64,000 nucleotides of DNA from assembly GCA_963787235.1 (NCBI GenBank), contig CAWBCG010000009.1, positions 8,426 through 72,425 of the forward strand, given 5' to 3'. Below are positions 34,558 through 42,856 of this stretch, in pieces (the stretch's first letter is position 1; each line of letters begins with the position of its first letter). Source of the stretch: an uncultured delta proteobacterium (lineage in GTDB: Bacteria > Desulfobacterota > Desulfobacteria > Desulfobacterales > SG8-13). A program made the position numbers and the translations under genes. The notes under the pieces were generated by a model. That model was not told where the DNA came from, searched no databases, and saw only the letters and a program-made list of their open reading frames with translations.

Positions 34558-35190
34558 ATGAGCGAAAAGGAAAAAAATTTTAATCGTTCGATAACCCATA
34601 ACCTCGATCTGCGCGGAACTCTCATGCCGTTTTCTCTCTTGAAGATCAGCCAGGCCCTGAGAGGTATCGAACCGGGGGAGTCACTCGAGGTCCTGTGGAG
34701 TGATCCGGATACGCCGGCGGATCTTTTCAAAGTGCTTCCCCCAAATGCTTACGAATTGGTCGGCATGGACCGCGTTGGAGAAAAAGATCCATATTTCAGG
34801 TTAATGCTGTTGAAGCGGTCGGTCGCTGGCTGTCCCAATGAAGACGATGGCATCTGTGAAGGTCGCTGCAACCAAAATTTATTCACAACAGCCGCTGAAG
34901 AGCGGTGGACTGCATCAAAACAAAAGGAGGAAACCATGACAGAATTGAATCTCAGCGAAATTAAAGCCAGCAGCACCGTTGACGCCCGGGGCAGCGCCTG
35001 CCCGGGACCGCTTCTCGAAGCCAAAAAAGGAATCGGTAAAGTTAAGGTCGGCGAAATACTGGAGATCTATTCCGCCGATTCCGGTACCCGCAAGGACATC
35101 CCGGCCTGGGCCAAAAAGGTTGGTCACGATTATCTGGGAATACTGGAAGTCGACGGGTACGACAAACACTTTGTGCGCAGAAACAAGTAG
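34558..35190 (+). CDS. Tandem TusA-like sulfur-carrier protein (Cys-less N-domain, Cys-rich linker, canonical C-domain)
   Basis: Domain 1 DLRGTLMPFSLLK (no Cys). Linker CPNEDDGICEGRC. Domain 2 DARGSACPGPLLEAKK (CPxP motif). Confidence 0.75.
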   Translation: MSEKEKNFNRSITHNLDLRGTLMPFSLLKISQALRGIEPGESLEVLWSDPDTPADLFKVLPPNAYELVGMDRVGEKDPYFRLMLLKRSVAGCPNEDDGICEGRCNQNLFTTAAEERWTASKQKEETMTELNLSEIKASSTVDARGSACPGPLLEAKKGIGKVKVGEILEIYSADSGTRKDIPAWAKKVGHDYLGILEVDGYDKHFVRRNK

Positions 35191-35201
35191 GACACACTGC
35201 C

Positions 35202-35636
35202 ATGACATTGCCGACACCGAGTGCCACAGACGGAAAGATCCTGATTCTTGCCACGGAAAACTGCGCCTACCCCGGTGCCAATTCAGTCGGGCAGGCGCAC
35301 TCGACCTATCCGGCCAACACCTACATCCTGCGGGTGCGCGCACCGGCCCTGTTTCCGGAGCAGTTCTACATGGATTGTTATCGCAAGGGCATCAGCGGCA
35401 TCATCATCATGTCCTGCGGCGAGGAGTGTCCCTATGAGGGAGCCTATCACGCCCTGGCCAAGCGCATCGACCGGGTTTACGCCCAAATGAAGGCCAGGGG
35501 CATCGATGTCAGGCGTCTGCGGTTGACGGCCATCTGTACTGTCTGCAACCGGGCGTTTCTCAAAGAGGTCAACGACATGAACGCGTTGGTGCAGGAACTG
35601 GGGCCACCTGTTTGGAAAGAAATGGCGGCAGCCTGA
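35202..35636 (+). CDS. MvhD/FlpD-like hydrogenase delta-subunit-type iron-sulfur protein
   Basis: ILILATENCAYPGANS...YPANTYILRVRAP...GISGIIIMSCGEECPYEGAY resembles the MvhD family Cys pattern. Confidence 0.7.
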   Translation: MTLPTPSATDGKILILATENCAYPGANSVGQAHSTYPANTYILRVRAPALFPEQFYMDCYRKGISGIIIMSCGEECPYEGAYHALAKRIDRVYAQMKARGIDVRRLRLTAICTVCNRAFLKEVNDMNALVQELGPPVWKEMAAA

Positions 35637-35748
35637 GCGCCATCGGTTGCTTTTAACAATCGATCCGGCAAGGCATCGTCTTTAAACATAACACAGCGGT
35701 GCCTCGCTCGTTCGACAATACAAACTCCGGAATGAGCGGGGGAAAAGA

Positions 35749-37050
35749 ATGAAGACCCAGCACGATCTCGAATTCGACGCACTGGTGGTTGGCGGCGGCA
35801 TCGCCGGCCTCCAGGCCGCACTCGATCTGGCCGAGCAGAATAATCGCGTGGCTGTGATCGAAAAGGACGCTTCGATCGGCGGCAAGATGATCCGGCTCTC
35901 CAAAGTCTTTCCGACTCTCGACTGTGCCAGCTGCATCACGACGCCCAAAATGGCGGCGGCCGCCCATCACGACAACATCGCGATATTTACCTATTGCGAC
36001 CTTAAGCGTCTGGAACGCAGCGGTGAAGAAATCGTGGCCGCCGTTACCCAGCGTCCTCGATATGTCGACCCGGTCAAGTGCATCGGCTGCCGGCAGTGCG
36101 AATACGGCTGTCCGGTTTACGTACCGGATGAAGAGCAGGGCGGTTTCAATTTCCGCAAGGCCATCTCGATACCATTTTCGAATGCCATTCCCCAAATCGC
36201 TGTGATGGACACCGCTAACTGCACCCTGTGTGGCAAGTGCGCCAGGGTGTGCCCGACCAAGGCGATTGATTACTGCCAGAATCCGGAAAACTTCACTCTG
36301 CGGGCGAAAACGGCCATCCTGGCCACAGGTTTCAAACTGACCCAGTTGAACCAAAAAAAGGAATACGGACAGGGGCAGGTGCCGAATGTCATTACCTCCT
36401 TGCAGATGGAACGGCTGTTGGCGCCGCACGGTCCATATCAACGGGTGCTCCGCCCTTCGGACGGCAAGGAACCCGAGTCGATTGCCTATGTTCAGTGTGC
36501 CGGTTCCAGGGACAAGAGTCTGGGAGTTGGCTATTGCTCCCGCGTATGCTGCATGTACGCCATCAAACAGGCCATGCTGCTATCCGGCTCCTTGCCGCTG
36601 GCCGACATCACCATTTACTACATGGACATCCGGGCTTTCGGCAAAGGCTATGAGCAGTTCTATCAGAACGCCAAGGCCATGGGGATCGAGTTCGTGAAGG
36701 CCAAAGTGGCGCGCATCCAGCAGGGCGAAGATCAGAAAGTGACCTTGCAGTATGAAGCCCAGGAGGAAGATGGCCGGGTGGCGAATCGCGAACACGACCT
36801 GGTGGTCCTTTCGCTGGGGATGGTGCCGGACTGGAACCCGGCCGGCATATGCCCGGTTTCAACCGCCGAGGATGCCTTTATCAAAACCACGATGCCGAAA
36901 ATCGCTCCCGCGCTGACCGACATGCAAGGCGTCTTTACCGCGGGTGTCGCCGCCGGACCGAAAGACATCGTCGACACCATCGTCGAGGCCGGCGCTGCAG
37001 CTACGGAAGCGGCCAAATATCTGCGAATGTTTGCAGAGCGAGCCGCCTGA
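35749..37050 (+). CDS. HdrA-like FAD/Fe-S oxidoreductase, QmoA-sized (433 aa)
   Basis: VVGGGIAGLQAALDLAE, CASCITTPKM, two ferredoxin CxxCxxCxxxCP motifs, VQCAGSRD...YCSRVCC (HdrA-type cluster site). Confidence 0.85.
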   Translation: MKTQHDLEFDALVVGGGIAGLQAALDLAEQNNRVAVIEKDASIGGKMIRLSKVFPTLDCASCITTPKMAAAAHHDNIAIFTYCDLKRLERSGEEIVAAVTQRPRYVDPVKCIGCRQCEYGCPVYVPDEEQGGFNFRKAISIPFSNAIPQIAVMDTANCTLCGKCARVCPTKAIDYCQNPENFTLRAKTAILATGFKLTQLNQKKEYGQGQVPNVITSLQMERLLAPHGPYQRVLRPSDGKEPESIAYVQCAGSRDKSLGVGYCSRVCCMYAIKQAMLLSGSLPLADITIYYMDIRAFGKGYEQFYQNAKAMGIEFVKAKVARIQQGEDQKVTLQYEAQEEDGRVANREHDLVVLSLGMVPDWNPAGICPVSTAEDAFIKTTMPKIAPALTDMQGVFTAGVAAGPKDIVDTIVEAGAAATEAAKYLRMFAERAA

Positions 37051-37155
37051 TGTCCGCATTGTGGCGGTGGACAGCGCGTTATGTCGACGATGGAGCCTGT
37101 GCAAGTGAAAACCTTTGAGCGGCTGCGTCAGGTAACTGTGAGCAGGAGAAGGGTT

Positions 37156-39036
37156 ATGAGTTCAACAGTGCAAAAGGAAGAGAACGAGAAAAAGGTCGGT
37201 GTCTACATCTGTCACTGCGGCGGCAATATATCCGACCACATCGATGTTCAACAGCTGGCTGAAAACATCAAGAACATTCCGGGTGTGGCGGTCACTCACA
37301 CCAATATGTTCATGTGTTCGGACCCCGGTCAGGAACTGATCCAGAAGGACATCGAAGAGGGCCGCATCAATCGCGTGGTGGTGGCGTCCTGTGCTCCAAG
37401 TCTCCATGAATTGACCTTCCGGAGCGCCATCAAACGGGCGGCTCTGAACCCGTATCTCTACGAACATGCCAATATCCGCGAGCAGGTCAGCTGGGTGCAC
37501 CACGGTGAAAGCGCCACCAGCAAGGCGACCCGCCTGGTGTCCGCTGCGGTTGCTAAAGCCAGGAACCTCGAAGCCTTGGAACCGATCAGAGTCGAAGCCC
37601 GGCAGCACGTGACGGTGATCGGCGCCGGTGTGGCCGGTATGCGGGCGGCCTTGGACCTCTCCGGGTGCGGCATTGCGGTGGCCCTGGTCGAAAAATCGCC
37701 GTTTTTGGGTGGGCAGGCGGCGCAGCTGACGGAATTGGTCCCGACCGGCGAAAAAGCGGCCGACGTGATCACCCACTTGGCTACCGCCGTGGTAAAGGAC
37801 CCGCAGATCAGCGTTTTTACCAGTGCCGAAATTGTTCAGGTGGAAGGCTATGTGGGAAACTTCAAAACGACAATACGGCAACAGCCGCCGGCATCCAAGT
37901 ATGACGTTACCAGGACCATGTCCGGAAATTATCAGCCGTTTGCGGGGTTTTTGCCGGACATCCTGCCGGGCGACAGCCGTGACATTCAACTCGAGAGCGG
38001 TGTCATCGTGCTGGCCACCGGTTTCAAGACCTACAGTCCGCACAGCGGTGAATACGGATACGGTGAGAACCCCGAGGTCATCGCCTTGCCGCAGTTGATT
38101 CGAGAAATGACCCTTGCCCAAAACAACGGACGGGTGCTGCAAGTCAACGGACGCGCCATTCGGCGAGTGGCCTTCATTCACTGTGTCGGTAGTCGCCAGA
38201 TTCCCGGCATCCACGAACCGGATGAAAACGGCGAGGTGAACGAATACTGCTCGCGCACCTGCTGTAGCGCCACCCTGCAGGCCGCACTGCAGATCCGGCA
38301 ATCTTTCCCCGGAACGCATGTCTTGGAGTACTACCGCGACATTCGTACTTATGGACGGGGACAGGAAGAAGTCTACGACCAGGCTTCCGACGGCAATGTG
38401 CTCTTCTTCCGGTTCGAAGCCGACGCGCCGCCGCTTGTGGAAAAAGCGGACGGTTCCGGCTACCCGCTAAAAATAACGGTCAAGGACGTTTTAACCTTCG
38501 GTGAAAACGTCACGGCGGAAGTCGATCTGGTGGTTCTTTCAGTCGGAATGGTGCCGACGCCTATCTCCGATCTGGTGGAAATGATGAAACTACCGGTCGG
38601 TGCCGATCATTTTCTTCAAGAAGTGCATCCGAAATTACGGCCGGTTGAGGTCGCCAACACCGGCATCCTTTTGGCCGGCACCTGCCAGGCCCCCATGGAC
38701 ATCGGTGAGGCCTGCGCGGCCGCCCAGGCAGCTGCGGCCAAGGCGACCGCCCTGCTTGTCAAGGGATATGTGGAACTCGATCCGTTTGTGGCGAATGTCG
38801 ACCTCGATCGCTGCAGCGGCACCGGCCGCTGCACGGAAGTCTGTCCGGTGGAAGGTGCCGTTCGAATGGTCGACCGACAGGTCGACGGTCAACCGGTCAA
38901 GCGGGCCGAGGTGAATCCGGCGCTTTGCACGGGCTGCGGCATCTGCGTGGGCGAATGCGCGGAGAATGCCATCGACGTCAATGGATGGGCGCTGAAGCAG
39001 TACGAAGAGATGGTGGATGCCATACTGGCGGCATGA
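37156..39036 (+). CDS. HdrA-like FAD/Fe-S oxidoreductase, QmoB-like but lacking a C-terminal MvhD-type domain (626 aa)
   Basis: Start trimmed to MSSTVQKE (AGGAGAAGGGTT-ATG). VGVYICHCGGNIS, IGAGVAGMRAALDL, HCVGSRQ...YCSRTCC. C-terminal 2x[4Fe-4S] CSGTGRCTEVCP / CTGCGICVGEC. Confidence 0.85.
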   Translation: MSSTVQKEENEKKVGVYICHCGGNISDHIDVQQLAENIKNIPGVAVTHTNMFMCSDPGQELIQKDIEEGRINRVVVASCAPSLHELTFRSAIKRAALNPYLYEHANIREQVSWVHHGESATSKATRLVSAAVAKARNLEALEPIRVEARQHVTVIGAGVAGMRAALDLSGCGIAVALVEKSPFLGGQAAQLTELVPTGEKAADVITHLATAVVKDPQISVFTSAEIVQVEGYVGNFKTTIRQQPPASKYDVTRTMSGNYQPFAGFLPDILPGDSRDIQLESGVIVLATGFKTYSPHSGEYGYGENPEVIALPQLIREMTLAQNNGRVLQVNGRAIRRVAFIHCVGSRQIPGIHEPDENGEVNEYCSRTCCSATLQAALQIRQSFPGTHVLEYYRDIRTYGRGQEEVYDQASDGNVLFFRFEADAPPLVEKADGSGYPLKITVKDVLTFGENVTAEVDLVVLSVGMVPTPISDLVEMMKLPVGADHFLQEVHPKLRPVEVANTGILLAGTCQAPMDIGEACAAAQAAAAKATALLVKGYVELDPFVANVDLDRCSGTGRCTEVCPVEGAVRMVDRQVDGQPVKRAEVNPALCTGCGICVGECAENAIDVNGWALKQYEEMVDAILAA

Positions 39037-39118
39037 TGCGGCGGCCGCGGGCATGGCAAGATGCCGCCAGTAGCTGAAGCACATGCAAGGTAAACGATGA
39101 CGCACGGGAGTGAGCGTG

Positions 39119-39403
39119 ATGAACGAAGAAAATAAGACCGACAAGGCTGCCCTCAAAAAGCTGCGTGAAGATAGGGCCTGGCAGATCAGCCGGGCCAAAG
39201 AGACCGTAAAAACGCAACAGCAGATCATCAAGCGCATAACGGAGCAGATCAAAAACGATGGGAAAACGATCCCGGAGATTTCACAGGCAACCGGACTGCC
39301 GGCATCACAGGTTCTCATGTTCGTCGCGACGCTTCGCAAATATGGAGCGGTTGTCGAAGGAACGAAGGACGGGGACTATTTCCGCTACCAAATTTCCAAC
39401 TGA
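39119..39403 (+). CDS. Small (94 aa) putative winged-helix protein, unknown function
   Basis: ATG 39119 preceded by GGGAG. TIPEISQATGLPASQVLMFVATLRKYGAVVE looks like an HTH/wHTH. Confidence 0.5.
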   Translation: MNEENKTDKAALKKLREDRAWQISRAKETVKTQQQIIKRITEQIKNDGKTIPEISQATGLPASQVLMFVATLRKYGAVVEGTKDGDYFRYQISN

Positions 39404-39430
39404 ACCCAATAAATTCATGGGAGATGCATT

Positions 39431-40600
39431 ATGACGGCCTTGGTCGATCCCGATCTGTTGATCAACCTCAAAAAATTCGGTGTCGAAGACGCAGCGACAT
39501 GTTTCAACTGCGGCAACTGCACGGCGGTGTGTGCACTGTCCTCCGCCGCAACACCTTTTCCGCGCAAGGTGATCCGCTACCTGCAGCTCGGTCTCAATGA
39601 CAAACTGCTGCAGAGTCCCGAACCCTGGCTCTGCTATTACTGCGGTGATTGCAGTGATACCTGCCCGCGCCAGGCCAATCCGGGAGAGGTCATGATGGGA
39701 CTGCGGCGCTATCTGACGTCACGATATGATTGGACGGGTATATCGCGCCTGTTTTACACTTCCAAGATTTTCGAGGTGATGGCGATTATGATGGTGGCCG
39801 CCTTGGTGGGACTTGGGTTTTACTTCTTTCACGGGCCAATGCTGACAGACCGGGTGGCCCTGAACGTGTTCGCGCCCAACACGACCATCGAGATCCTCGA
39901 CTTGATCATGCTGGCGGTGCTCTCCTTCTTCTTATTGTCCAATGCCTATCGGATGTTCAGGGCCGTCATGGGCGAGCCCGACCAATACGGTGCGACAACC
40001 AACGCCGGAGGCAGCGGGGCGTTGGGGGTGTCCCTGCGGGGCATTCCCTTGAAGACTTATCTGAAAGAGGCCAAAGAATTCATCCTTCAGTTTTTGACCC
40101 AGAAAAAATTCAACTCCTGTGGGACACAGCCGCAGCGGCAACAATGGATCGTTCACCTTCTGATCATGACCGGTTATTCCACGGTTTTTCTCCTGGTTGT
40201 TGTCGGAATCCGCTGGTTTCAGCGTGATGAAATCTACGCCCTGTGGCATCCGGTGCGACTGCTGGGCTACTACGCCACCTTTGCGATTCTTTACGGTGTC
40301 TCCTACGCGATCATCGGGCGGATCCGAAAGAGCAAGACGGTGTACAAGCACACTCATTCATCCGACTGGGCATTTCTGGTTCTTTTGTGGTTGACCACTT
40401 TCAGCGGCATTTTGATTCATTTTACCCGTCTGTTGGAAATGCCTATGAGCACCTACGCCATCTATGTCATCCATCTGATGATCGCCGTGCCGATGCTCGT
40501 GATCGAGGTTCCGTTTGCCAAGTGGACCCATCAACTCTATCGGCCGCTGGTGCTGTATCTGATGAAAGTCAAAGAGCGGGCCTTGTCGGCATCGGCTTAA
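39431..40600 (+). CDS. QmoC-like fusion: HdrC-type 2x[4Fe-4S] domain plus NarI/HdrE-like multi-helix membrane (cytochrome b-type) domain
   Basis: CFNCGNCTAVC and CYYCGDCSDTCP, followed by 5-6 hydrophobic helices with conserved His (HLLIMTGYS, LIHFTRL, VIHLMIAVP). Confidence 0.75.
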   Translation: MTALVDPDLLINLKKFGVEDAATCFNCGNCTAVCALSSAATPFPRKVIRYLQLGLNDKLLQSPEPWLCYYCGDCSDTCPRQANPGEVMMGLRRYLTSRYDWTGISRLFYTSKIFEVMAIMMVAALVGLGFYFFHGPMLTDRVALNVFAPNTTIEILDLIMLAVLSFFLLSNAYRMFRAVMGEPDQYGATTNAGGSGALGVSLRGIPLKTYLKEAKEFILQFLTQKKFNSCGTQPQRQQWIVHLLIMTGYSTVFLLVVVGIRWFQRDEIYALWHPVRLLGYYATFAILYGVSYAIIGRIRKSKTVYKHTHSSDWAFLVLLWLTTFSGILIHFTRLLEMPMSTYAIYVIHLMIAVPMLVIEVPFAKWTHQLYRPLVLYLMKVKERALSASA

Positions 40601-40638
40601 ACTTAAGATATAAATTCACTGAGGAAAGGAAGTTAAAA

Positions 40639-41016
40639 ATGGCTGAAAACGAAGAAAAGATTTTATACATTTGCACCCATGCCGACGATAATCCGGAAAA
40701 GGCGGCGATGCCGTTTGTCATGGCCAATGCGGCCCTGGCCATGGACATCAAGGCGACGGTCGTTTTGCAGGGCAACGGCGTTTACCTGGCCCGCAGAGGT
40801 TACACGGACAACATGGGGCGACCAGGCGGTTTTCCTCCCGTTAAGAAACTGGTGGCTGAATTCATGGAACTCGGCGGAAAGCTGCTCGTGTGCGTGCCCT
40901 GCATCAAGGAGCGCAATATCGATGAATCCAGCGACCTGGTCGAAGGAGCGCAAACAACCGCCGCCGGCGCACTGAACGTGGAAGCGATAGAATCAAATGC
41001 GGTGCTCGTTTATTAA
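40639..41016 (+). CDS. DsrE/DsrF-like sulfur-relay family protein (125 aa)
   Basis: Tracked ORF trimmed to MAENEEKILYICTHADDNPEKAAMPFVMANAALAMD (GAGGAAAGGAAG SD). LVCVPC Cys pair. Confidence 0.75.
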   Translation: MAENEEKILYICTHADDNPEKAAMPFVMANAALAMDIKATVVLQGNGVYLARRGYTDNMGRPGGFPPVKKLVAEFMELGGKLLVCVPCIKERNIDESSDLVEGAQTTAAGALNVEAIESNAVLVY

Positions 41017-41050
41017 TCCTGTATTATGTAAACGACCAGAGGTTGACGTC

Positions 41051-41755
41051 ATGAAAGAAACCAGGGTCAATGTCATGCCGAAAAGGGTAACCGACCTAAT
41101 CGAAGCCAGGCGAAATGGCGCAGAGGTTTCCTGTGAAACGGCTTTTGAAATCGTGCCGGTAGACTTCGAGCATCGCCATAATCCGTTCCAGGCGTTTGTG
41201 TTTCTCTGTCGCTACTCCGGTATCGTGGACAAACGACCATACACTTTCAGAAAGTGCTATGCCCGCGGATGTCCGCACAACTTGTGCCCCCATGTTTCAC
41301 AAGCGGTACTGATCGCCAATCGCTACCTGCAGAGAGACTACCGTCGGTTACGCGAAGCCGAAATCGAAGTGGCAGAAAAACTCTTTACGCTTAATGAGAT
41401 GGTCGTTCAATTCGACACGGCCAAGGAAGAACGCGATGCAGTCCTGACCATAGACGATTACATCGGAATCGCCAAAGAGGGCAATGCCGTTGAGGTGGTT
41501 ATAGACCTCGAATATGTCCCGGCGGTGGAGCATTTCGTCCACCATGAAAATTCGCAGACATTTCTAACTGTCAATTTTGTCATTATCTGCCTGGGGGGCA
41601 AGTGTCATTTCGAGCGTTGCTTGGCCTGTTACCCGACCGAAGAGGAGAGACAGGAGAAACCGCTCATGATGCAAGTGGCCAATGAACGCCTGAAACTGAT
41701 GTACCAGAATTTTGACGGGGCCGGAATCATATACGAAGAACGCTTCTTTGTATGA
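41051..41755 (+). CDS. Cys/His-rich protein of unknown function (234 aa)
   Basis: Start trimmed to MKETRVNV. CYARGCPHNLCPH and CLGGKCHFERCLAC clusters. No family recognised. Confidence 0.6.
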   Translation: MKETRVNVMPKRVTDLIEARRNGAEVSCETAFEIVPVDFEHRHNPFQAFVFLCRYSGIVDKRPYTFRKCYARGCPHNLCPHVSQAVLIANRYLQRDYRRLREAEIEVAEKLFTLNEMVVQFDTAKEERDAVLTIDDYIGIAKEGNAVEVVIDLEYVPAVEHFVHHENSQTFLTVNFVIICLGGKCHFERCLACYPTEEERQEKPLMMQVANERLKLMYQNFDGAGIIYEERFFV

Positions 41756-41816
41756 CGCCCAATTCGGCCGGTCCGTTTGTAAATCATCACTTTAATGAAT
41801 TAGAAAGGTATTTTGC

Positions 41817-42398
41817 ATGTTGGATATAACCCATACGTCGATGGATGAAAGAGTGGAAACGCTCGAACAACGAATAGTGCATCTGGAGGGTGAATTGCAG
41901 GCCGTAAAAGAAAACATGCCCGACGATCAGCTCTCGATGGTCGTCTTCAGCGGAGATCTCGATCGGGTTCTGGCTGCCTTTATCATCGCCACCGGTGCAG
42001 CGGCGATGTACGAGAAAGTCGTCATGTTTTTTACCTTCTGGGGAACCTCGGTATTGCGGGATCTGAAAAAGACCGTTAACAAAAAAGATCTGACCGCCAG
42101 GATGTTTGGTCAGATGCTGCCGAAAGGCGCCGGCCAATTGAGGCTTTCGCAGATGCACATGGCCGGGCTCGGCACCCGGATGCTCAAGGGCCTGATGAAA
42201 AAGAAGGGTGTGATGTCACTTGAAGATCTCATGAAAACGGCGGCTGAATTCGGTGTCGAGATCATTATCTGCGAAATGTCGATGGATCTGATGGGTTTCA
42301 GTATGGAGGAGTTCATCGACTATCCCAATGTCTCGTTGGCCGGGGCGGCTAATTTCCTGGGGGAAGCCGCTAACAGCAAAGTGACGCTTTTCATATGA
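41817..42398 (+). CDS. DsrE/DsrF/DrsH-like (DsrE2-type) family protein with N-terminal coiled coil
   Basis: LSMVVFSGDLDRVLAAFIIATGAAAMYEKVVMFFTFWG and EIIICEMSMDLMG match my recollection of the DrsE_2-type family. Confidence 0.7.
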   Translation: MLDITHTSMDERVETLEQRIVHLEGELQAVKENMPDDQLSMVVFSGDLDRVLAAFIIATGAAAMYEKVVMFFTFWGTSVLRDLKKTVNKKDLTARMFGQMLPKGAGQLRLSQMHMAGLGTRMLKGLMKKKGVMSLEDLMKTAAEFGVEIIICEMSMDLMGFSMEEFIDYPNVSLAGAANFLGEAANSKVTLFI

Positions 42399-42485
42399 TT
42401 TTATCAGATTGCATAACCATTGGTGAATATGGTAGAGGCGTTTAGATTTTTATCTTTCAACCCGACTGCATAAGGAGACGACCAA

Positions 42486-42845
42486 ATGACCAACAACGTC
42501 GTGATTGCGTTATCCTGCGGCACGAATGACACCAACCGCGCCACCCGAGCCATTCACCTGGCCACCATCGCCCACAAGGAAGGCAAAAACACAACGCTTT
42601 TTCTACTGGATGAAGGCGTTTATCTGGCCAAACAGGGGATCATCACGCACGTGCGGGCCGCCACCGGCGATGTAGCCGACGACTTGCTGACGTATCTCCA
42701 GGCCCACGAAGTGCCGATTTTGGTTTGCACTCCCTGCGCTAAGGCGCGGCAGATCAATGAAGAGGATTTGATCGAAGGCTCCCGCATGGCCACCGCGGCA
42801 GAATTCATCAACATGTCCTGCGATGCCGCCGTCATCAGCCTGTAG
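42486..42845 (+). CDS. DsrE/DsrF-like sulfur-relay family protein (119 aa)
   Basis: VVIALSCGTNDTNRATRAIHLATIA...LFLLDEGVYLA...ILVCTPC, paralogous in pattern to 40639..41016. Confidence 0.75.
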   Translation: MTNNVVIALSCGTNDTNRATRAIHLATIAHKEGKNTTLFLLDEGVYLAKQGIITHVRAATGDVADDLLTYLQAHEVPILVCTPCAKARQINEEDLIEGSRMATAAEFINMSCDAAVISL

Positions 42846-42856
42846 CAAAAGTCCGG

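Noticed and set aside
35749-39036. Checked the HdrA-like genes and their spacers for in-frame TGA (selenocysteine) or split genes.
   Set aside because: Both ORFs are continuous, with the expected Cys motifs intact and ordinary RBS-ATG starts. Nothing suggests Sec recoding.
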